Below, in pieces: positions 1 to 12,989 of a stretch of 64,000 nucleotides of DNA. The position numbers and the translations under genes are program-made. Source of the DNA: Chiloscyllium plagiosum (Eukaryota); the NCBI RefSeq assembly GCF_004010195.1, contig NC_057719.1:41982139-42046138 (forward strand), in the 5' to 3' direction. Positions within the stretch are counted from its first letter, which is position 1; every line of letters begins with the position of its first letter. Under the pieces are notes generated by a model. That model did no database searches, was not told where the DNA came from, and saw only the letters and a program-made list of their open reading frames with translations.

Positions 1-339
1 TAATCAGACAAGAAGGATGTAAATCCTGTTTATATCCTTTAAATTCAAGCCTGCCAACAGAGGCTGGGTGAATCAAATCCAAAAAAACCACTTCTGCACC
101 ATAAAAAATAACTTGCAGTAAGCTTTGCAGAGATTATCTAACTCAGTTTATGCTGGTAATGGAGGTTTCAGTTGCAACAGTGCCATGAAGCAGGCTTAGT
201 AAGGAACATTCCTTTTGAAGATATTGGGCAATGCAGGACTCACTTAATAAGTTTTACTTAGAATGCTAATCCTTTAAAAATATATTGGTTTGGGCTCAAC
301 TGAGTATTGTGTTCAGTTCTGGGTGCCACATTTCATAGT

Positions 340-724
340 AGATTTAGATTTAGAATCAGTCTAAACATCAGGTCATAGACAGAGAACACAGGGGGCTAAC
401 ACCTTCAATAAGTTGTCTAGCTATCACCATTGTTAACAGCTAACCCGAGAATGCAACTTTTAAAAAAAGGGTTTTGTGATTTACACATGAAAGAAGTGAA
501 ACTATCACTGTATTCTAACTGATGAAAGGCTTAACAGACAATCAATTCTTCAATGTATAATTTCAGTTACATCACACTGCAAATTTTTGCTATAAATTCT
601 GTGTTACGATCGAGCCCTCCACAATCACCTGATGAAGGAGCGTCACTCCAAAAGCTAGTGTGCTTCCAATTAAACCTGTTGGACTATAACCTGGTGTTGT
701 GTGATTTTTAACTTTGTACACCCA
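340..724 (+). mobile_element. Penelope-like element terminal repeat (family A), with decayed hammerhead motif at 626-660
   Basis: Highly similar to 59002-59250 and 60430-60668 (caatgtataatttcagttacatcacactg...cctgatgaaggagc...aagctagtgtgcttccaattaaacctgttggactataacctggtgttgtgtgatttttaactttgtacac); those copies adjoin GIY-YIG coding remnants. Confidence 0.75.
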
Positions 725-959
725 GGCCTATGAGTATCCACAACATAGGTGATTTGCTGATATATCCAGATCCCATCATGGTGACTCTGTCTGGAGGTGC
801 TGCAAATGGTCAGTCAGCAGTGATATTGTCTGTCAATCTGGTTTCTGTTGTTAGGGTTTTATTTTCATGGAATGTAATTGCTGTTCCAGAATTTGCTGAT
901 CTTGGCACACTACAGCCAGGTTTCGCACCAGAAACTGTAGTTTCTCAATCCTAGAACCA

Positions 960-1480
960 GCTTTAGAAATCTCTTCTGTGCTCTCTTCAATCCATTCACA
1001 TATTTCCTATAATAGGTCACCCAGACCTGTGCAAAATACGAATACTCTACCTGAGGACTAAAAGATGTTTTATATAAGGTCAGTATAAACTGCTTTCTCT
1101 TGTACTCTGTGCCTTTATAAATAAAGCCAAGGATTGGCTATGTTTTATGAACTGCTGTCTCCAACTGTCTTGCCACCTTCAATGATCTATGCAAATACAT
1201 ATCTGCTCCTCTTGTTCCTACACCTCCCCCACAAGAATTATAACTCCTGTTCTATATTATTTTGCCATGTTCAGCCTACCAAAATGCATCACCTTACACT
1301 TGTCCTCCTTGAAACTCTCCTGCCACATATCCACCAACCGTCTGCATTCTTTAAAGTTCAACCCTATCCCATTCACAGTTTACAAGTTTTGCATCATCTG
1401 CAAAACTTGAAATTGTCTGTTGATCTAGATCAATAATATATAACAAGAAAAGCAATAGCCCCAACACCAACCCTTTTCCA
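960..1480 (-). mobile_element. Old CR1-type LINE fragment
   Basis: Diverged similarity to the other minus-strand CR1 RT pieces in the window (e.g. aaaatgcatcaccttacacttgtc, tttgcatcatctgcaaa = antisense of FADD region). Confidence 0.55.
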
Positions 1481-1987
1481 CTTTAAACCCTAATCCAGCA
1501 CAAAAAATAACTTCTGGCCTCTTCTTTCTGTTTCCAATCAATATGGACCATGCGGTTGTTCACCCTGCCCCATAAACATCTTGTAACTGCTCAGTAGCAT
1601 CCCTAACCTGGCACCAGCGAGGCAGCCATACTATCTTGAGGTCATACAAACAGCCACACAAAAGCCTGATTGTTATCCTAATTAATTAATTCTCTATTGC
1701 TATTACTCTTCCTTGGGATGCTTGGGAGAAGGAAGGAAGGAAGGGGAAGGAGGAAAAGGAGACGTGGGTCTGCTTCTTGTGCTGCAGCCTGGGCCTTGCC
1801 CACAGCTGTCCCAACTGCTGCTGCTGCCTGAGGCCTACCTCCACTGTTGCTGCCAGAGCCTCACCCAGGTCAAGGGAGTGTTGCTGCTGCCTGGGGCACT
1901 CCTACTGCTGGTCCCTGGAACCCCACCTGGACTTAAAAATACAGCTGTTTCCTAGGGTCTACCACCACTAACACACAGCAGCACAGC

Positions 1988-4566
1988 ATGGCGAGCCTCA
2001 AAATAGCAGGCCCCAGCCACACCTATGCTAGGGTAACCGCTGCCTTAGGCTCGGCTGTTCCCGCCTCGGCTGCAACCCTGACTCCCTTCAGGGACTTGAC
2101 TAAACGCCTGGGGGTCAAGGCCTATCCCCCTCCCTAATATGTCTATTGAGGTCTGCAGTAAGGCCATGGTTAGTGTGATCGGCCCACTGGCCATCATCGC
2201 TGCAGCCAGAATGTATGGAAGGCCGTATTTGTCCTCAGGACCGAGCAGGCGGTCCACCTAGCTGTGGAGAGGAGGCTCACTGTGGGCGGGACACATCTAC
2301 CCATCGACCCTTTGGAGGTCATGGCCCAGAGGGTTGTGATTTCCAATGTCCCGCCCTTCACTGCCAGAGAGCTCCTTCTTCCCCACCTTCAAACTCTGGG
2401 GGAAATCCAGCCAGGTGTCCGACTGCTCCTGCTCGGTCTGAAGGACCCTGCGCTCCGCCATATATACTCCTGATGTTGGAAGGTGTTCATTTGCCTGGCC
2501 TGGGAGGTGGTCACTGAGGGCTCGTTCACCCTCCTCCATGAGGGCACGGCCTACCGCATCTTCTGGACGACGGACGGAGTGCAGGGTCACCTGTGCCGTG
2601 AGGTGGGGCACATAAAGAACTGTCCCACCCAGAAGGCTACTCAGCCCACACCAACAGCTGAGGGTGGCGCTGCCACACCCACTCCCCCTCCCCCAAAGTC
2701 AACACCACAAGCCCCGGCAGCTAGGGGCTAAGCCAGAGGCTCCTAGTGTATTAGATTAGATTACTTACAGTGTGGAAACAGGCCCTTCGGCCCAACAAGT
2801 CCACACCGCCCCGCCGAAGCGCAACTCACCCATACCCCTACATTTACCCCTAACCTAACACTACGGGCAATTTAGCATGGCCAATTCACCTAACCTGCAC
2901 ATTTTTGGATTGTGGGAGGAAACCGGAGCACGCGGAGGAAACCCACGCAGACATGGGGAGAATGTGCAAACTCCACACAGTCAGTCGCCTGAGGCGGGAA
3001 TTGAACCCGGGTCTCTGGCGCTGTGAGGCAGCAGTGCTAACCACTGTGCCACCGTGCCGCCCATAGTGCCTCGGCCTCTGGCGGGGGTGGGGGTGGGGTG
3101 AGCTTCGGCAGGACAGAAGGCGCGAAAAAAGACCTAATGTGCCAAGCCTGCCCTCATGGAGATTACCCTGTCACCTTCACCCGAAACAAACTCTCAACCT
3201 ACTCCATCCCAGCACAACAATGCCTCTGTGGCCATGCCAGCGTCGCCCCGGCGTGGAAACCCTGACTCCCAACACCACAAATCTATAACTGATCTGTGCC
3301 CTGCTGTGCCTCCTGACTCCCGCCCCGTTACAGAAACCCCGGGGAATCGCTGCCTGGTCCTAGCCCTGCAACACCTAGCCCGGGGATCCCTGAGCCCAGG
3401 CCCTGTCCCACCCAGCTAGCCAGATCCCTACTGCCTTCCTTCCTGCAGCAGCTATGTCTCTGGCCCCTGGGCAGGAAACTAGGTCCCTACCCTGCCCACC
3501 ATCACCTGATAAACAAGGGGTGGGGCAGGAAGTGACACAGTTGGCCCTCCCAACCCTGGCCACGCCCCATGCCCAGTCCCAGCCAATAGTATTCCTGAAG
3601 AAGCTGGGGGAAGAACCTCGTGCCCCATGACCACCAAAGCAAGTGGGCAAGGGAAGGCCCATAGATTCCCCCCGTCTCCCTGAGGAAGAGGTGCTGGCCC
3701 TTGGAGGGGAGGGACTTCCTGGTGGTATGCTGGTGGCACTGTCCCTCCCCAGGGGGTGAGCCTATGATGTCTCCTGCCTGTCCCACATCATGGCCTAACC
3801 TGCCCGAACCCCCAGGGGCTGCAGCAGGACCTTCTGCTGCCATTGTTCCACCAGCCCCTGGGGACAACCATGAAACCAATGTGGGCCACAGTGTGGGCTG
3901 AAATATTGAAATGACCACTGGGTTGTGAGTGGTGGAGGAGAGGAAGGTGTTATCCTCACTCCTCCCTCCCAGACTGTTTTTCTGAGGGCCTTTGCCCTGG
4001 GGTAGACCCTTTTCCCTGAGGAGCTGGGTGTCCCAGTGTCAGGAGAGGAATGTGGCCCTGAGCCTCTGCCGCCCGATGACCTAACCTCTGAGCATTCTGG
4101 GAAGGAGTGCACCGAGGAAGTTACTGCCAGTGAATCTGGAGGTGGGGTAGCTGCAGGTTTGAGGCCAGTTGATGGTGCCGGACCAGCCCCCACTCTCAAG
4201 ATGGGGGAAAGGCCGGTGACCAAGAGTGAATTCCTGGAGGAGGGTTCGGGATCAGTGGTGGACACTGGGGACGACATGGACTCTGTCTCCAGCGAGGTTT
4301 TTGAGTCCCAGGTGCCCCCCACTGAGCTCCCCCTCATCCCCCTCTAGGAACGCTAGGAATTTGTCGAAGAAACTTGGAGTCGCCAGGATAGAGCCCAACT
4401 GGCACTTGAGCGCTGGAGCTCCTTTGAAAGAGTTTACTGGTCAGCCCACGCTGCTCGCCAGGCACCTGGGCTCGACGTGAACGAGCGAAAGTGAATCAGG
4501 AACTTCCTGGGTGCACTCTTGGTGGGGGTGAGGGACTTCTGTGCCCCTCCCTCGTCCTTCCAGTAA
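1988..4566 (+). pseudogene. Tx1-type ORF1 (nucleic-acid-binding, zinc knuckle), broken by stops, frameshifts and a SINE
   Basis: Peptides QRVVISNVPPF..ELLLPHLQTLGEI..LGLKDPALRHIYS and YRIFWTTDGVQGHLCREVGHIKNCP (decayed CCHC knuckle), then Pro/Ser-rich low-complexity tail typical of Tx1 ORF1. Confidence 0.75.
2749..3063 (-). mobile_element. HE1-like tRNA-derived V-SINE inserted in Tx1 ORF1
   Basis: Reverse strand reads gggcggcacggtggcacagtggttagcactgctgcc (A box)...gggttcaattccc (B box)...gtttccacactgtaagtaatctaatctaat tail; flanked by TAGTG direct repeat at 2744-2748 and 3064-3068. Confidence 0.9.
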
Positions 4567-4616
4567 ATGTCTTGAATTTTTAACTGTACTGGTGGTGGTT
4601 GCACAGTACTGCTGAC

Positions 4617-7600
4617 ATGAAGACAACTATAGCCAGCCTCAACATCAACGGCAGCAGGGAGTCACAGCGCAGATTCCAGACTTTCTCAGTCCTTCGGGAC
4701 GGGAGATATGCGGTGTGCTTCCTGCAAGAAACCCACACCACCCTGGGAGTGGCAAGGTTGGGGGAGGGGGGGCGGGGTCTACATGAGTCACCCCGCAGAT
4801 CTGGCGGGGTGGCTATCTTGTTGGCCCCGCATTTTCAGCCGGAGATCTTGGGGGTCAGGGAGCCTGTGCCAGGCTGTTTGCTTCACCTGACGGTTCGGCT
4901 GGGGGGGGTGCGGTGCTTCACTTGGTGAACGTCTACGCTCCCTTGGCCGGGCCGAGGCAAGCGAACTTCTTTGGAGAAGTGTCCGCTCATCTCGCCTCCA
5001 TCGACGAGAACCAGTGTGTCGTCCTCGGGGGAGATTTTAACTGCGTCCTCGAGGACAGGGGGACCACGGCAGTGCCTGCACTGGTTGGGCATTGGGGAGG
5101 AGGTTGGGGGACTTGGTCAAGTCCTTCGACCTGGTGGACGTCTGGCGGAATCTCCATCCCGACTCCATCGCCTTCACCTTCGTGAGGCCTGGAGTCGGAG
5201 CGTCCAGAATCGACCGCCTGTACGTTTCACGGGCGTACGCCTCCTGTTTTCCGAGGGCCTCCACGCGGCAGGTGTCGTGCACGGACCATCACCTGGTGTG
5301 GGCGGAACTCCTTCCGTTCGGCGCCAGGCTCGGCTCCGTGCACTGGCACTTTAACAACCTGCTGCTGGAGGATGAGCAGTTCCAGGACTCGTTCCGTCGT
5401 TTCTGGGCCGGTTGGAGAAGGAAGCAGGGAAGCTTCCCCTCCCGGAGGCTATGGTGGGATGTGGGCAAGGCTCACGTCCGCGTTTTCTGTCAGGAGTACG
5501 CGAGGGGTCAACAAAGAGGCAGAAATCCAGGATCGGGGTGTTGGAGAGGGAGTTGCTCGACCTGGAGTCATGCCTCGGTCAGCCCGACGCGGACCCGGCC
5601 CTGCGCGGGGCATACGAAGAGAAGAAGGCCGCGCTCCGGGATCTGCAGCTCGTCGGGGCTCGGGGCACATACGTGAGGTCGCGGATCCAGCTCCTCCAGG
5701 ACCTGGACCGTGGCTCCCCCTTCTTCTACTCGCTGGAAAAAAGGCATGGCTCCCGTCAACAGCTCCTTGTGCTGCTGGCCGAAGACGGGTCCCTCGTCTC
5801 AGACCCGGAGGGTATCGGAGCCCACGTCCGAAACTATTACATGGCTCTGTTCTCTCTGGATCTGTCCAATGAGGATAATCGCAGAGTTCTGTGGGAGGAC
5901 GTGCTGCAGCTCAGCCCGAAGGACACCAAAATGCTCGACGCTCCTGTCACCTTTAGAGGAGCTGACCGGCCCTCGAGGGGCAAGTCCGCGGGGCTGGACG
6001 GGCTGACTGTGGAGTTCTTCAGGGTGTTCTGGGACTACGCACAGGTCTTGGGGAGTGTCTAAATGTCGGAGAGCTGCCCATTTCTTGGCGCAGGGCGGAA
6101 ACGTCCTGCTGCCAAAGAAGGGGGACCTTCGTTCTTTGAAGAACTGGCGTCCGGTCTCCCTCCTCAGCACGGATTACAAAATCTTCACCAGGGTGTTGTC
6201 TTCTCGCCTGGCCTCCGTGCTGGCCCACATGATTCACCCGGACCAGTCCTACACAGTCCCGGGCTGGAGGATACACGACAACGTCCACCTGGTCCGGGAC
6301 CTGATCCATTTCTGTCGACGGGCTGGTCTGCCGAGCGCCTTCCTGTCTCTCGACCAGGAGAAGGCGTTCGACAGGGTCGATCACAAGTACCTGCTCGGGA
6401 CTCTGCGGGCATTCGGGTTCGGGACGCAGTTCGTCGCCCGGATTCAACTTTTGTACGCCGCCGCAGAGTGAATGGTTAAAGTTAACGGGTCCCTGATGGC
6501 GCCCCTTCGCTTCGGGAGAGGAGTGCGTCAAGGCTGCCCCCTGTCCGGCCAGCTGTATTCCCTGTGCGTGGACCCTTTCCTGCGCCTCTTGCGGAGGAGG
6601 TTGTCGGGGCTGACTCTGCGCGGCGTGGGTACAGGGGGTGGTCCTCTCGGCCTACGCCGACGACATGCTCCTCACTTTCACCAACCCGGCTGACCTGGGG
6701 AGGATGCGCGAGTGCCAGGCCGTGTACTCGGCAGTGTCTTCCGCCAGGATCAACTGGGCCAAATGTTCCGGACTACTGGTCGGTCCGTGGTAGGTGGACT
6801 CTCTGGAGGAGTTATAGGGGTTCAGCTGGAGTACCACCCATCTCCTCTACCTGGGGGTCTACCTCAGCCTGACTGAGGAATCCTGGCTGGTGAACCGGAG
6901 CCGGAGCTGGACGCCAAAGTCTCGGCTCGCCTAGGCCGCTGGACAGGACTGCTGCGAGTGCTATCTTGCAGGACTGCTCCGAGTGCTGGTCAAAAACCAG
7001 CTGGTGGCTGCCATGCTGTGGTACCGGCTGGTCACTTTGGTCCCTCCTCCTGGTTTTGTCGCTGACATCCAGAGAACGTTGATCGACGTCTTCTGGGATA
7101 AAAAGATGTACTGGGTCACTGCGCAGGTTCTGAGTCTCCCTATTGAGGAGGGCGGTCAGTCGCTGGTGTGCGTCCACACCCAGGTCGCGACGTTCCGCCT
7201 TCAGACCTTGAAGCGATACCTTTACGACGAGCCTCCTCCTAGGTGGTGTGCCCTGGTGACGTATTTTTTCCGCCAGGTGCGTAATCTCAACTACGACACG
7301 CAGCTCCTGTTCGTCAACCATGACAGTTTGGAGGTCGCCCTCAGGACGCTGCCTGTCTTTTACCAGGACCTGATCACTGTCTGGAACATGGTCGAATCGC
7401 GCCGCGCCTACCCTCTGGCAGGAGTAACAGCTGTCGTCAGGGAGCTGTTGCTCAGGGATCCGCACCTCCATACTCGCAGGTTCGAGTGGCTGTCGGAGGG
7501 GAGGGCTGTGGCGGCGAGGGTGACCAGGGTCGGGGACGTGCTGGGTGCCGGGGGACTGGGCTGGACACTGCCTCAAGATATAGCGAGCAGGGCAGCGGTA

Positions 7601-8445
7601 GACGGCTGGTACGTGGCCACCGCTATCCAACGCCTTAAAACGGCGGTGCTTGGACCCGACGTAGTGCACCAGTTGGGGGATGCTTAGGTGTGCGGTGGGA
7701 TCCCGTCCGCGCTCACCCCAGCCCGGACGGAATTTCACATTCGCCCCAAGGTCCCCTACTTCCCACGGGAGTCTGTGCCCCACAACCTGAGCCGCCTCTG
7801 GAATTTTAGTTTTGTCCCTTTTTTTAAGGACATGAAAAGGCAGGCCCTGTATTGACTGCTGCTGCACACCATCCACCTCTTTTCCCTCGTCCACCTCTTC
7901 TCCCTTGTCCACTGTCCGGACACGCCTTGTTGTGCCCATTTGCCACCGGGCGGTGGGTATCCCCAGTGTAGGTCTCTATATGCAGGAGTCCTCCCCCTTT
8001 CTCTTGGGGATCTGGGCAACCGCAGATTGCAGCGGTTCACGGACTCCCAGCCTAACTGCTTGCTTTGTGGCGCTGTGGAGTCCGTTGACCACGTGTGGGC
8101 ATTTGCACTGCCTTTTTGATTTCTTAAAAACCACATTCTCTGTTTTTGGTTCACTTCAGTCCCATGCTCCTGATCTTTGGGCACCCGGTACGGAAGAGGG
8201 AGGGCAAGTCTGAAGACCTCCTCGTGGGTCTGCTCCTGGCCAAACTGGCCATAAACAGGCAGTGGGCCGTGGAGGGCATCGTTAGGACCGACTACCTGTC
8301 CCTCTTCCGCGGTTACGTTAGAGCCCGGGTTTCTCTGGAGAAGGAGCACGCGGTCTCCACCAACACCCTGGTGTTGTTCAGGGAGAGGTGGGCGCCGCAG
8401 GGAGTAGAGTGCATTATTTCCCTGTCCAACTCTATTTTGATTTAA
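4617..8445 (+). pseudogene. Tx1-type ORF2: AP endonuclease + reverse transcriptase + C-terminal Cys motif (frameshifted)
   Basis: APE motifs MKTTIASLNING, FLQETH, GGDFN, SRIDRLY, TDHH; RT motifs GLDGL, PKKGDL..NWRPVSLLSTDYK, DQEKAFD, GVRQGCPLS, YADD (6653-6664); CLLCGAVESVDHV near 8060; split across many frames. Confidence 0.93.
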
Positions 8446-8685
8446 TCCCTGCCCTCCCCTTCACTGTTTGATCACACAGCATTGCCCTTTGATGTGAAGG
8501 GCACTGCTTGTCACTGGCCACTCGGGTGTTTCCTTTCTTCCTGGTGGTGGAAACCGAATAAAGATTTGTGCATTTTGTGTCTTTCACTGTGTCTCACACC
8601 TGGCACATGCACAACATGGATGCTGGGGGAAAAAATAAGCTACTGCAGTTAAGCAGTAGTGTGGGGGTAATATTTAAAAAAAAAA

Positions 8686-8818
8686 TAAACAGGAGTGTCA
8701 GAGTTTCTGGTCACACTGAGAGCTAGCTCTGAGGGAGCTGGATCAGTGCCACGGACTTTCCACGTATAAATAAAGGATAACTTGGTGGTACAATACCGCC
8801 CTCTGTGGAGTCATTTCA
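8686..8818 (+). repeat. Probable 3' part of an LTR (solo-LTR remnant)
   Basis: aataaa followed by ...ataccgccctctgtggagtcatttca ending in CA, an LTR-like end; family not identifiable here. Confidence 0.35.
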
Positions 8819-10789
8819 GGCTGCAGTCTGTTAAAAATAAGTAAAAGTCTCCAGAGGTTTGTGGAAGCTGTTTGTATTGAGCAGTGACTTTGAATTACGT
8901 GCCTGTAATGCAAGCTATAGTCCAAGGGTTTCATGATGATGGTGTTCCTCATTGAAATGGCTATCATACTAGTAAATTCAAATTTTTAAAAAATTATCCC
9001 GGTTTCTGTGTGTCGGTGTGTGAGTGGGGGTTTGTATTCAAAGAAGATTAGGCTTTTACCATAGGTACTAATTGATTACCTTATAGTATGTTTGTATCCT
9101 GCTAAACTTAATAATAAATAATTATTTTTGTTTAATTTATAAATTGTGTTCAAGATCTATTATTTGTAAAGTCTGATTAGGAAGAATTGAGCAACTCAGA
9201 GGGTCACTGAATGATTTAAGATCAGTGTTGCAAATCCAGTGATAATGACAGGATTAATTTGGCTTGCTATCCTTATTTTGTAACATCTTTTAACAGACCA
9301 TACTTTTGCTTCAACTGAGCTGAATTGCCGTATCTGAAAATTCCTTCTTTATGTTAAAGTTACTATTCCTTGGATTGCTCCTATTAATTTATTATGTTTC
9401 TCTGACTTTCCATTATTCCTGGTGCTTCTCAGTTAAATTCATCTCAAGCCGTGTCTTTAAAAATAATCCTCTTTTCTAATTTACGACAATTTAAAGACAG
9501 ATTTTCTGTCCTGTCACCGTTTTCCTTCCATTCTCCGTTCAAACTCAGAATGGGATGATTCCAAGCAGCTGAATGGTGTGCCTTTCTGACTCCCAAGTAA
9601 GTGGTGGAAACCTAGAAACTCATCTACGATTTGTAGCCTCTTCCTCCAAGTTGCTCCCTCAGAAATTTGATGGCTCTTTGAGGACACCCAGGTAAGATGA
9701 CAAGGACTATCTCTAGGTGCTCCTTTCATCTACTCCTGCATGTGAATTGTTCCAGCTCTTCAAGTAAACTGACGATCTTTTCATTGGATTTACGATGGAA
9801 AGGTTATAGTTCATCCTAATTCCTTCCTTTCTCTTTCAGCTCTTCATTCGTCTTTGGAGTTGAGTGGAGGTGGCCCCTAAGGAATTCCTCACCTCAAAGA
9901 TGTTGTTGTCTAGTTTGGATTTATCCTGATCTAGTTATTTCCTCATAAACTTTCAATTTTCTCTCCACAGCAGAGAGCTGTGATTTTTGCTCCATCAATT
10001 CCGATGAAAGTGATGTTGTGGTGTTTTTCATATTCAGTTTTGCAGTCACCACTTGAATGGTCTGTTTGCCATTCTGTGTCTCTCTGATGTGTGGCAGATT
10101 CTATGGATTATGACTAGTGTAAGGTGATAGTATAGCTGCAATTGCTGGCCCAGCAGTATCTACGTTGTAGAATATCTGCGATGTCCAAGTAGGTTGACTA
10201 TACTAGCACTCCAATGCAATTGATATTGGACATGGAATTAGTGAGCCATTGTATTCTTAAAGCTTCACTTTCATACATTTTGTCATGTCATCCCATGGCT
10301 GTGATTCTATGTTCTCTAGAATTCGCATAGACAGTATATTGCCACCTGCCTCTGTATAATCCAGAGCCAATAACAAATAGTCAACTGCTTTCAGCGGACA
10401 CATATTTGAATGCACGCCAATAATTTTGATGATTTAATGGCATTGATGTTTTCCATGACAATGACAATGTGAAATATGTGTTTGCTGGTCTTTGTCTCAT
10501 TGTGTATACCATCAGATTTTGATTTGTTCATCACTTTATGTTTATATTTCTGATGGGACACCAGAGGATTTTTGATATATCTTCGCCACCCCTTGTGCAT
10601 AGTCTGTTTGGGTTTGCGTATGTCTGTTTGGACTGAATCAGCTGTTGCTCTAGTGCACTATGGTCTGCCAATGGTCTTTCTGCTATATTCCTTATGAAGC
10701 TGATTGAAAGCTAGCAATTCCTTGGTGCACGAAGAAGGCCACACCTTCCATTTATCTTGCTATGTTTGTGTGTTCTGATGATCGTGTCA

Positions 10790-12130
10790 AAGAAGAACAG
10801 TACAGAACAGGAACGGGCACTTCAGCCCACCCAGGCTGTGCCAATGCATGAAAACCTTTTGTCTCTACATGGTCCATATCCCTCTGTTCCCTGCCTATTC
10901 ATAAAGCTGTCAAGATGTCTCATAAACATTGCTGTTGCAACTACCTCCTCTAGCAGCGCGTTCCAGGTATTTACCATTCTCTGGTTAAAAAAGCTTTCCT
11001 CTCAGATCTCTTTTAAACTTATCTCCTTTTACTTTAAACCTATGGCCCCCAGTACTTAACGTTTGCATTTTGGGAAAAATACTCCGCCTATCCATTCTAC
11101 CCATGTCTCCCATTATTTTGTAAACTTTGAAAAGGCTGCTCCTCATCCTTTGATGTTCAAGTGAAAACAAACCCAGGTTTGCCCAATCTCCCCTCATAAT
11201 TAATACCCTCCAAACCAGGCAACATCCTGGTATATCTTTCCTGTACCCTCTCCAAAGCTTCCACATCTTTCTGATAATATGGCAACCAGAATCATACATA
11301 ATATTCCAAATGTGGTCTAACTAAAATTCTATACAACTGTAATATGACAGGCCAATCTTCAGAATTTTTGCCCTAACCAATGAAGGCAAGTATGCCATAT
11401 GCCTTCTTGACCAACTTATTCACTTGTGTTGCCACTTTTAGGGAACTGTGGACCTGTATGCCCAGATCTCTCTGTACGTTAATGTTAATGTGAGTAAGGA
11501 TTCTGCTATTTACTGTAGACTACCCTCCTGCATTAGATCTTTCAAAATGCATCACCTCTGATTTGTCCAGATTAAACACCATCTGCTATTGTTCTGCCCA
11601 TGCCTCCAGTCTATCTTGGTCTTGTTGTATCCTCTGGCAATCCTCCTCACTATCTACATCTTCCCCAATTTTTGTGTCATCCGCAAACTTACAAATCATT
11701 CCACCTCATTCGCCTCCAAGTCTTTTACAAACAACAGGGGCCCCGGCACTGATTCCTGCAGAACACCACTGACCACAGTTCTCCAGTCAGAAAAACATCT
11801 TTCCATCACTACTTTTTATCTTCTATAACTAAGCCAGTTCTATATGCATCTTATCAGCTGACCGTGAACATCATGTGACTTCATCTTTTGTGTCAGCCTG
11901 CTGTGAGGGACCTTATCAAAAGCCTTGCTAAAGTCCATACAGACAATATCTTACCCCCTGCCCTCAATCATCTTTATCACTTCCTCAAAAAACTCAATTC
12001 AGTTTATGAGACATGACCTTCCCCATACAAAGCCATACTGCTTATTGCTAATAATTCCATATTTTTCCAAATATGAGTAAATCCTATCACCAGGAATCTT
12101 CACCAATTATTTCCCTACCATTGATGTAAG
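10790..12130 (-). mobile_element. CR1 (HER1-like) LINE 3' fragment
   Basis: Minus ORF 10985-11299 LGLFSLEHQRMRSSLFKVYKIM..GHRFKVKGDKFKRDLRGKLF is the CR1 ORF2 C-terminus; RT remnants further along. Confidence 0.85.
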
Positions 12131-12464
12131 GTTAAAATGCTGTGTTTGTACTTAGGACCTGTAAGCTTTGTTGATCTGCATGAAACTCTTTGTAGTTTTA
12201 TCTATCCTTCAGTGGTTCTCTGACATTGTAAGTCTTTGGTTGGCCTAGGTAATCTTCCTGGAAAGCTTCCACGTGAGTTGGTCAGTCACTAACTGTTATA
12301 CCTCACTGGAGTTATATGCTGGAAATCAAACCCTGTCATCACTAAAGTAACAACTTTACAAAAATATGTGAAATTCCCCAATTGACCTGTCTTTTAGACC
12401 TGGTTTGACAGAAAGTACAAAACTAGGTTTCTGTACTTAACCTGACATAAATTCTAACAACAGA

Positions 12465-12770
12465 TATTGGGGTGATGATAGACTAGTGGTATTATCACAG
12501 GATTGTTAATTCACAGACTCCAGATAATGTTCTGGGATCTTGGTTCAATTCAATTTTAAAAATCTGTAATTAATAGTCTGTTGGAACTATTGCTGATTGT
12601 TGGAAAAACCCATCTGGTTCACTAATGTCCTTTAGTGAAGGAAACTGCCAACTTTATGTGGTCTACCTTACATGTGACTCCAGACCCACAGCAACATGGC
12701 TGACTTTCAACTGCCTTCTGGGATGCTGGCCTAGCCAGTGATGTTCTCCACCGTGAATGAATAAAATAAA
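12465..12770 (+). mobile_element. SacSINE1-like DeuSINE
   Basis: tRNA-like head, then gaaaaacccatctggttcactaatgtcctttagtgaaggaaactgcc...catgtgactccagacccacagcaa core and gaatgaataaaa tail; repeated at 12990, 36380, 45230. Confidence 0.7.
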
Positions 12771-12989
12771 TTATGAAAATCATCGACATTTAACTCTACT
12801 AGTTAAAACTTTAACCTCCTTATAATACTTACCCTACACTCATACAGACAGATACAAACAAAAGGGTATTATCAACAGAAGGAAAAGCTGGGAAGGCAGT
12901 TCAATGGTCCCTGCCCACAGAGGTCATAGAGATAATGCTTTTAGTTTATGCTGCTCCTCAATCTTGCTTCTCCAGGGGAGTTGATGGCC

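Larger units (their letters stand above)
1715..8685 (+). mobile_element. Near full-length Tx1-clade (L1-like) non-LTR retrotransposon, inactivated
   Basis: Putative 5'UTR, then ORF1 from ATG ~1988, ORF2 from ATG 4617 to stop 8445, 3'UTR with aataaa (8558) and A-rich tail ~8676-8685; 5' boundary approximate. Confidence 0.9.

Noticed and set aside
626..660. Hammerhead copies at 629, 20939, 22428, 41110(-), 58840(-) as active ribozymes
   Set aside because: Core substitutions (GAAA>AAAA, CUGAUGA>CUAAUGA/CUGAUAA/UUGAUGA) predict inactivity; counted only as decayed family members
730..954. 74-aa ORF with a protein-like appearance
   Set aside because: No recognisable homology or splice context; wedged between repeats
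6812..7939. 375-aa minus-strand ORF (longest in the track)
   Set aside because: Antisense shadow of GC-rich Tx1 ORF2; no recognisable domain
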